This document shows positions 1-8,600 of a DNA stretch of 64,000 bases, one piece after another (the stretch's first letter is position 1; each line of letters opens with the position of its first letter). The DNA is taken from assembly GCA_021108295.1 (NCBI GenBank), contig JAIORF010000005.1, positions 8,531 through 72,530 on the forward strand. Reading direction: 5' to 3'. Source of the stretch: a bacterium. GTDB taxonomy: Bacteria; Patescibacteriota; Dojkabacteria; SC72. A program made the position numbers and the translations under genes. The notes beneath the pieces were generated by a model, which was not told the DNA's origin, searched no databases, and saw only the letters and a list, made by a program, of their open reading frames with translations.

Positions 1-575
1 TTCAAAATTAGACCACCATACAGAATAATAAGATTTATTCGTTGGAAAAGTCCTGTATATTTTAAAATCCCTTTACCTTCCTTCCCAAAGGCTAAGAATA
101 TTCCAAAACTGACAATTCCTAAGATGAAGATAATGATGTTTACGGTTACACTTGTATTAAATTCAGGTATCGAAATAGCCCAAAGGGGATTAAAGATTAA
201 GAAGAGAAATCCTAGACCAGAAGCAATACCGTGTATCTTTCCCGAGGTACTCTCTTTACTTCCTCTAGAATCTTCAGGATAAATTCCTGCGATTATACTA
301 CCTATTCCAAAAGCGACAATACCCAAAATATATAGGTTGTGACTCCAACAGAGATTGTTAAATAGTCCATATTGTCCAATTGCGAAAATAGTAAATAGAA
401 AGCCACTAATGATTAAACTCCAACCTCCTTGTTTCTGTACTGGGCTTTCTCTTGTTCCCAATGTACTGATTGTATCAAAGAGATGATTGTAATTAGGGTA
501 TTTAAATCCTAGAAAGACGGGTGTAATTAAATCAGAGAGAGAAGCAATTAACAAAACTATTAAATACGTATTCAT
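1..575 (-). CDS. Hypothetical polytopic membrane protein. Start ATG at 573-575; the C-terminus runs off the left edge of the window.
   Basis: Reverse-complement translation from the ATG at 575 gives MNTYLIVLLIASLSDLITPVF... with several hydrophobic helices and no stop before coordinate 1. Not listed in the ORF track because it is edge-truncated. Confidence 0.45.
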   Translation of the reverse strand, partial: MNTYLIVLLIASLSDLITPVFLGFKYPNYNHLFDTISTLGTRESPVQKQGGWSLIISGFLFTIFAIGQYGLFNNLCWSHNLYILGIVAFGIGSIIAGIYPEDSRGSKESTSGKIHGIASGLGFLFLIFNPLWAISIPEFNTSVTVNIIIFILGIVSFGIFLAFGKEGKGILKYTGLFQRINLIILYGGLIL

Positions 576-594
576 TTTATTGAGTAATTGTAAA

Positions 595-669
595 TGGTTG
601 CGGGGGTTGGATTCGAACCAACGACCTTCAGGTTATGAGCCTGACGAGCTGCCACTGCTCTACCCCGCG
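595..669 (-). tRNA. tRNA-Met, initiator type, anticodon CAT.
   Basis: Reverse complement reads CGCGGGGTAGAGCAGTGGCAGCTCGTCAGGCTCATAACCTGAAGGTCGTTGGTTCGAATCCAACCCCCGCAACCA. It has a cloverleaf, a CTCATAA anticodon loop, a C1·A72 mismatch and an A11:U24 pair, both hallmarks of bacterial initiator tRNA. It is very similar to E. coli tRNA-fMet. Confidence 0.85.
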
Positions 670-713
670 ATTATACGGATTGATTATATCAAAATATCAA
701 TGTTTTTGGCAAA

Positions 714-1166
714 TTAGTACCCTTCTACTACAAACCTCACCCACTCATCCCACATACTTACCTCCTCTATATCACTCTCTGGATTAAGAATATCGCCTAC
801 CCTCTGCATACCTATCTCTACCAATTCATCACTTATCACAAACACTACTTCATTCTCCTGTCCATAGTTTAGTCTATCCCTAGCCTCCCTCTCTAAGTGA
901 TCTGTTGTACTAGCCTCCTCTATTTCCAACGAAAGTTCCAAATTCTCTATCCTTAACTCATCAACCTCATGCTCTGCTTGTTTAAGCAAAGAGATCTTTT
1001 GTCCCATCTGTTTGAAGGATCTAACTACACTAAGGATCATAAGGAGAGAAACTCCCAGTAAGATTATCTTACCAATACCACTATTAAAAACCCTATTAAC
1101 AAAACTTTCCCTTTCTTTTGTCTTCTTATTTCTCCTTTGTTTAAAGTCATATCTTACTTTGTTCAT
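714..1166 (-). CDS. FtsB/DivIC-like septum-formation initiator. The ORF is open to 1331, but the internal Met at 1166 (MNKVRY...) gives the typical short cytoplasmic N-terminus, one TM and a coiled coil.
   Basis: TM segment IILLGVSLLMILSVV is followed by a coiled coil and the conserved DivIC/FtsB C-terminal motif LEREARDRLNYGQENEVVFVI. Confidence 0.6.
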   Translation of the reverse strand: MNKVRYDFKQRRNKKTKERESFVNRVFNSGIGKIILLGVSLLMILSVVRSFKQMGQKISLLKQAEHEVDELRIENLELSLEIEEASTTDHLEREARDRLNYGQENEVVFVISDELVEIGMQRVGDILNPESDIEEVSMWDEWVRFVVEGY

Positions 1167-1292
1167 ATTACATATTAGCAAATAGCAACCCAAAAGGAAA
1201 TTTATTATAGTAAAGATTATATACAAATGTTTTGCAATTGCTCCCAACTTATAGTATATTATGCTAAGACTATTAATTAAGTAACTACTACA

Positions 1293-2189
1293 TTGATAAA
1301 GGTAAGAAATTCCAATTTTGCTCAGTTTCATAAAAACTTCCTTGTCGACCTCAAAGAGAAAGGTCGTTCAGAGTCCACCTTAATTGCTTACGCCAAAGAT
1401 ACGGAGCAATTGCTCAACTTCTTTTCAGACAAAGGGGTTCTAAAACTAGAGGAGACTTCTATAGAAATACTAGAGCTCTATAAAAAATATTTACAGGATA
1501 GTAACTATACACCAAAGAGTGTTTCAAGAAAGATAAATAGTACAAGAACATTCTATAAATATCTTGTAGAGACTAATTTGCTCCCAGACAATCCTTCTGA
1601 CAAGTTAGCACACCCTAAGTTTGAGACCAAACCTCCTAGAGTACTCTCTGAGATGGAATATAGAGCACTAAGAGATGTGAGCAGAGTTGACACAAGACTC
1701 TACTCTATCATTGAGATATTGCTTCAGACAGGTATTAGGATTGGGGAGTTAGCTGCACTTACCATTGATGATATGAGAACTCATCAGACAGGAACTAAAT
1801 CAATAAATATTCTCTTTATCGCAGAATATGGTAGTCATCCTTCAAGAAAGGTACCTCTAAATGCTTCTGCAAAGAAAGCAATTGATGATTACTTAGAGAT
1901 TAGACCAGAAACAGAAGAAGAAACCCTCTTTATCACAAAGAATGGTAGACCATTACTTGTTAGAAATATTAGGACTACGATAGATAAGGCGTTTGAGAGA
2001 GCAGGTATTAAGAATGCTAAGGTAAATGATCTTAGAAATACATTCATATCTCATCATCTAGCTAACGGTGTAAGTCTAGTAACTGTTTCTAAACTAGTAG
2101 GTCATAAGAGACTCTCTACTACAGAGAAGTATCTAAACCTTGTAGAGAGTAAGAAACCAGAAGCAGAGAAGAGTCTAAAGGAACTTTAA
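1293..2189 (+). CDS. Tyrosine site-specific recombinase, XerC/XerD-like. Apparent TTG start.
   Basis: N-terminal SAM-like core-binding region (FLVDLKEKGRSESTLIAYAKDTEQLLNFF). The catalytic region has R (RIGELAALTIDDM), HxxR and the tyrosine (LVGHKRLSTTEKYLNL). At 298 aa it is Xer-sized. Confidence 0.85.
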   Translation: MIKVRNSNFAQFHKNFLVDLKEKGRSESTLIAYAKDTEQLLNFFSDKGVLKLEETSIEILELYKKYLQDSNYTPKSVSRKINSTRTFYKYLVETNLLPDNPSDKLAHPKFETKPPRVLSEMEYRALRDVSRVDTRLYSIIEILLQTGIRIGELAALTIDDMRTHQTGTKSINILFIAEYGSHPSRKVPLNASAKKAIDDYLEIRPETEEETLFITKNGRPLLVRNIRTTIDKAFERAGIKNAKVNDLRNTFISHHLANGVSLVTVSKLVGHKRLSTTEKYLNLVESKKPEAEKSLKEL

Positions 2190-2211
2190 ATTTCCAACAC
2201 ATTAAACGAAC

Positions 2212-2616
2212 ATGACGGAAAAACCAACGACCGAACTGATAGCAATCTCCATGGAAGAAGCATGTCAGAAACTTGCTGAGCTAGAAAAGTACATTCCAGA
2301 CGATACATCAAACGGATTACTCTATGAGTACGGACGTTTTTTGGTAGATTATCTCAATCCAGAACTAAATTCAAAGGGCTTCTACTTCGGGTGTAGTCTC
2401 GCGCTTTACGATTTGCAAAGGGGTGTAAACGGATTCACAGGTGAACCAATTCAAAGTGGATTCTCGCATTATCCACCGATAATTTTTAATCTTTTGAGAG
2501 CAGAGATTCCTCGTATCGCTGATGCAATTTTTCCAGAGGATTTCGCCCAGGAGGTAAAACAGCACATCGAAGAGGTTGAGAAAAGCATTTACGGAACCAC
2601 TCCACCAGAGGCTTAA
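2212..2616 (+). CDS. Hypothetical protein with GC-richer, atypical codon usage. Possibly horizontally acquired.
   Basis: 134-aa ORF with no recognisable motif. Its DNA is enriched in CG-containing codons (acg, ccg, gcg, tcg) that are rare in the rest of the window. Its stop lies 2 nt from the convergent stop of the giant gene. Confidence 0.5.
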   Translation: MTEKPTTELIAISMEEACQKLAELEKYIPDDTSNGLLYEYGRFLVDYLNPELNSKGFYFGCSLALYDLQRGVNGFTGEPIQSGFSHYPPIIFNLLRAEIPRIADAIFPEDFAQEVKQHIEEVEKSIYGTTPPEA

Positions 2617-2618
2617 AG

Positions 2619-5600
2619 CTACTCACAAAATACTTCTACCCCTAATCCACACAGTGCTTCTTTCATTGCATCATTCTCTGACTTAAGCATATCAATATCA
2701 GAATCATGACTATCTACTTGCTCAACTAGAGCAACAAACTCTTCATTTTCACTTAAATCACCCAAAGTCTCTATCTCTATCTGCTGTTCCTTGATAGCCT
2801 CAATCAAGATTGCCCCTATCCTAGCATATGATACTCCCCAATATTCTCCGTTAGTATCAACAATCTCTGGGAAATACCCCTCTACCTCTTGAGCAATTAC
2901 ACCAATCTCTGTATTGTCTGTTCCAATAAAGTTGTACCTCACTCCTCTCATACCAAGAACACTCTCCAAAGCATTATCAATAGTATCAACATTCTCTTTA
3001 AGACGAATATCTGAATTAGAAGTCCAAGAAGTTGCATCTTGGGCTATATAGACACCATTATCATCATCATCATCTGTGATATATAACCTATCAGAATTAT
3101 TACCATCATTGAAAATATTCCATTTCACAGTCCCACTTTCCGACAAGTTAATTTCCGCATCATTATTTAACCCTGTATCAATAGTTAAGACGGTATCACC
3201 TGAAGATTCAAGCTCTAAGATACTCACAGGTGCAAGTGCACCGATACCTACATTACCTCCCATAACACACATTGAACTTGTTTGATTACAAGTCCTTGGA
3301 GTAGCATCTAAACCAATAGCCACAATATGGGAGTTTGGTCCCGCGGTAATTGAATTTCCAATTGTAAATCCATAAAGTCCCGAAGCAGTTGTGCTATAAC
3401 CCGTTGCAGTTGCACCAGTCGCTGAAGCAGTTGTATCAAAACCCATTGCAGTTGATATCTGCCCTGAAGCTGTAGTAGCACGACCCATTGCAGTTGCATA
3501 ATCATTTGAAGCGGTTGTGTGAGCACCCATCGCAGTTGTATATAAATCTGAAGCAAGTGTATAAGAACCGAACGCTGTTGAAACAGATGCTGTAGCTCTT
3601 GTACTCTGACCTGTTGCAACTGACCAAGATCCTATATTAGCATCATTCCATTGAGTACCATCTACATCTCCTGCTCTAAAAGCTGCCTTCCTTGGATACC
3701 ACATCATTCTTACCCCTGATCCAAGATTTGGTTCTGTCCAACCAGAAACCAATGCTCCAGTAGCCAAAACAGATCCATCACCACTAAGTTCTAATGATGT
3801 CCTTGGAGTATTTGTATTAATACCAACATTATCTGTACTTGCATCTACAAAAAGCAGGTTTGCTTCTGTATCACCTTCAATTCTAAAATCAACATCCAAG
3901 CTGTATTCATTAATTACAACTGAATCACTGACCCCTTCTATAAGACTCAACATCCTCACTCCACCTGCCCTTATTTCAAGACTATCCTCATCTTCAAAAT
4001 CAATATATGTATCTAGATCAGTCCGACGAACAATCTGAGATCCAACATATAAAGATTTACCAATTTCAATATACTGATCAACATATAGAGATCCACTTCC
4101 AAAAATATGAGTTGGTGTTGCATCACCAACGATAACCTCTCCTCTACTTTTTATAGACATTCTAATATCACCTTTTGCTACTTCAGTTGAATCAGCATTA
4201 TTATCCGTAGCAAATATTAAATCACCTCTGCCATAAGTATCTGTTCTATTGAAAAATATACCTCCTTTTGCAGGACTTGTACCTAAATTCCCTGATACAG
4301 CAAACAACAATCCTGCTTCATCATCGTTACCCCCATCTGAATCATGAATAAGGATTCTTGCTTCATCATGATCTCCTGAGATTTGGAATTTATGAATTGG
4401 AGATGAAGTCCCAATTCCCAACCTATTATTGGTGTCATTCCAGAAAAGGTTTGCGTTATCCTGAGACAACAAACCACTTGCCCCAAAGAATGGCATAGAT
4501 CCTGTGGCCATATCTACTAGACTTAATGTTTCTCCTGTGTTGAGCAATAGATCATCACCAGATGTGGTCGGTGAAAGATTTGTACCAGTTTTTGTCCAAA
4601 CCGCAACACCTCCTACACTTGCCCAAGTTAATGTTCCACTACCATCTGTTTGCAGTACTTCACCATTAGCTCCATCTACAGTTGGAAAACTGTAAGTATT
4701 GTTAAATCTAACTACTCCACTCTCACCAATTGCCATTCTTATGATTCCACCATTCCTAAACGACAAGTCCCCTGAAAAGGCAGATTTTATAATATCCGAT
4801 TCTTTTGTACCAGAGATGAATTGCACCCGTGTATCATTATTGGTAGTACCACCATTTTCAATAGTTATTCCAGTATATCCCATATTAAGGGCATCATATA
4901 CATGGAGTTGGCTAGTAGGGCTGTTTGTCCCAATCCCTACCCTATCATTCCCAGCATCAACAAAGAACATATCGGTATTATCATCACTCTCTATTCTAAA
5001 GTCCTGATCCGTACTACTCTCATTAAAAACAATCTCACTCAAGGAGGCAGTTAGAATATCATTGGCTGTACTAAACCCATCATCTAATATTCGCAAGTGA
5101 ATTGCATCTGAATATGCCACTATATCAAAAGCTCTACTTCCAGAGGTATTACTTGTCGCATACCACTCAGACCTAGGGGAACTTCCACGAATATGAACCG
5201 CTCCTGCTGATCCATCTCCTTCTATGTATAAATTTCTACCAGAAATCCCCGTTTGAGTTGTAGATCCAATTAAAACATCATCCGAGGTATTAGTAGCATA
5301 CATCGTACCAGTACCAGCACCTGTCCAATCAGTATCTGAACCACCTGCTGTTGCCCAACTCAAAGCTCCAGTACCATCTGTTTGCAAAACCTGACCACTA
5401 GTACCATCAGTAGTTGGGAAAGTATAGGCACCATTAAATTGTACTGCTCCTGCTGAAGAGATATTTAATCGATATGCATTATTCACTCGGAAAAACATAG
5501 AATCTGTTCCATGATCATATCCCACCTGTCCAATGAGGTTGTTCTCAGGATCACCAAACACTATTCTACCCGAACCTGTGTTGGTAGTTAGTAGCGACAA

Positions 5601-8600
5601 GTAAGATTCATTACTATTCTCTATAGTTATATAACTGTGTGCAACTGGAGTAGCACCAGAGGCTCCAGCAAGAACATGAATCATGGTATTACTATGAGGG
5701 GCATTTGTACCTACTCCAACCTGACCGTGAGCATTAATTATAAATGGAGTAGTATCCGCACTCTGATCATTAACCACTAAACTATTACCACTCCCTAAGT
5801 TTGTAAATTGGTATGCGTTAGTTGTGGAATCAGAGTCTGTAGAAAATACTGCATTACCATCATTAGCTATTGTCAAAGAGTTTTGAAGAGCACCAAAAGC
5901 ACCACCTGTTTGGAAAACATAGTCACTCCCTTGCTGTACTAATTGAGAATATGTTGAAGTATTGAAATCCACTGAAGCCATAGTTCCCCGACCACCAGCT
6001 AAAGCATTTGTTCCCCCAATCACTATCCCATGTCCATCAGTATCAACTAATAAATAATTTCCTGACGCTGTAGCTGCCTGTGTATTTGAAAACCTTGCTA
6101 TTACATTATCTGTATTTACTTCATCTTCAGTAATGTATAGTCCATAGCCTGTACCAGAATGATTTATCTGCACACCATTCGGATTGTTTGTAGTATCGTT
6201 TTGATTTACTACTAAACCAACATTGTTAGAAGTATCTGAAACCGTTATCTCAACAGCTCCAGTATCAGCTGTGATTTGTCTTCCAACACCTGCACCACCA
6301 GAGTCGTAGGCTTGATCTAACGTTCCACTACCACTACCTGTTGCAAATGCAAGCCACCCAGTGTTAGTTCCACTTCCCGTATGTTTTATATACATATCCC
6401 CACCAGTTCCATCAATAGCTAAATCACCAATTGAACCAGTTACGGAACTTTCTGGTGTTGCGTCTGTTCTAAATATTTGGAAATCTCCTGCTGTGTTTTC
6501 TAGAGTTAGTATTGCTGATGTATTTACTGCATTGCTATCTATATGGAGTATTGTCGAGGGGGTAAGTATTCCAATACCGATATTCCCTCCATTAAAATAG
6601 GTATCTCCATTTCCATTAATTTTAACTGTATTTACATTATTATCTTTAATATTTAACGAATTTTCACTATTACCATTAACTTGAATAGATACAGCAACAT
6701 CACCACCTGCAGACTCATATACCTGAAGTGGATTCTCCCAAGCATCTATCGGGCTAATAAGCATCTGTCCAGTATTTATATGAATATTTCCACTGACTTC
6801 CAATACCTCTCCTGGAGTTGTTGTCCCTATTCCTAACCTGTTCGTAGTATCATTCCAAAACAGATTAGCATTATCCTCTACCACTTCACTACCTGAAGTA
6901 AAGAGAAGAGAACCAGCTGTATATGCTGCTGGAGTATCTGTAAGAGCCAAGAATGTGGAAGCTCCACTACCTGTTGCAAAAGATAACCACCCTGTATTAG
7001 TTCCACTTCCAGAATTCTTTATATACATCTCTCCACTACTACCATCTACTGCCAAGTCCCCTATCGATCCTGTTACAGAACTCTCCGGTGTTGCATCTGT
7101 TCTAAATACTTGGAAATCTCCTGCTGTGTTTTCTAGAGTTAAGATTGCTGCTGTGTTTGCTGCATTGCTATCTATGTGAAGTATTGATGAGGGGGCAATC
7201 GTTCCCATTCCTACTTCTCCACCCATAATACACATTGAATTAGCTTGATTGCATTGAAGAGTAGCCATATCATCTAAACCAATTGCCACAACATAATCTG
7301 CATCTGCGGTAATACGATGACCCATTGCAATAGAATGATTACCAGCAGCCCGCGCTACGTTACCTATTGCAATAGCATGCTCACCAACAGCCGTCACTGA
7401 TGTACCCATTGCAACGGAATAATCACCATTAGCAATTCCCCACCCTAACGCAACAGAATAACTCCCCTGGGCATCCGAATGAAAACCTAATGCGGTTGCT
7501 CCTACGTCAGTAGCGTATGCACCACCCCCTATCGCAACAGTATTAGATTCAGTAGCAAAAGCACCACCCCCTATTGCAACAGATGTACTTCCTGAAGCAA
7601 CTGATTCTTCTCCTGCTACGAATGAATAATCTCCTGAAGCAATATTATCAAGTCCGAATGCAACTGAATACTCACCGATATTTGCGTCATCCCAGTGATC
7701 GTCATCTACATATCCTGCTCTAAAGGCAGCTTTCCTTGGATACCACATCATTCTTGTTCCTGCTCCTAAGTTTGGTTCTACCCAACCTGAACCAAGTTCA
7801 CCAGTTGCTAGAATAGCTCCGTCACCACCCATAGCGCCATTACCAATATCTAATGCTACTCTTGGAGTTACATTTCCAATCCCAATATTATCTGTTAAAA
7901 CTTTCTGGTAAATATATCCATTTACACTATCTCTTTCCCATGGAGAAGCACTAGAAACTTGAACATCTACATATCCCTTATCCACCAAAGAACGATCTAT
8001 GAAGTGGGCAGAATAGTCAGCAGCGTAAAGAGCTCCTCTACTACTCAAAAGATCAGTGATTGTGATATTATCCCCTACTTCAAGACTAACTCTATTTGCA
8101 GGCCCTCCTGGATCATGATAAAGGAGATTTGAAACATGATTATAAACTATCCCAGAATCAATTAACCCATCAGTCATGTTAAATTCTACTTGATTTCCCC
8201 CTGTTCCAGAAATCAATCTATTCTCAGATATTGTTCCATCGTCTGTGTAGATATTGCTCGTGGTAGCACTAGTAGCAACCTGCACCCAACCAATGTTAGT
8301 GCCAGTACCAGAATTCTTTATATACATCTCTCCACTACTACCATCTACTGCCAAGTCCCCTATCGATCCTGTTACAGAACTCTCCGGTGTTGCATCTGTT
8401 CTAAATACTTGGAAATCTCCTGCTGTGTTTTCTAGAGTTAAGATTGCTGCTGTGTTTACTACGTTGCTATCTACATGAAGTATTGTTGAAGGGGCAATTG
8501 TTCCCATTCCTACTTCTCCACCCATAATACACATTGAATTTGCTTGGTTACACTGAAGTCCCATCATATTATCTAAACCAATAGCTACAACATAATCTGC

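Noticed and set aside
714-1331. Full 205-aa reading of the FtsB-like ORF starting at 1331.
   Set aside because: The first 55 residues are extremely hydrophobic and low complexity and would overlap the recombinase start region. The internal Met at 1166 gives the canonical FtsB/DivIC topology. The long form was kept only as an alternative.
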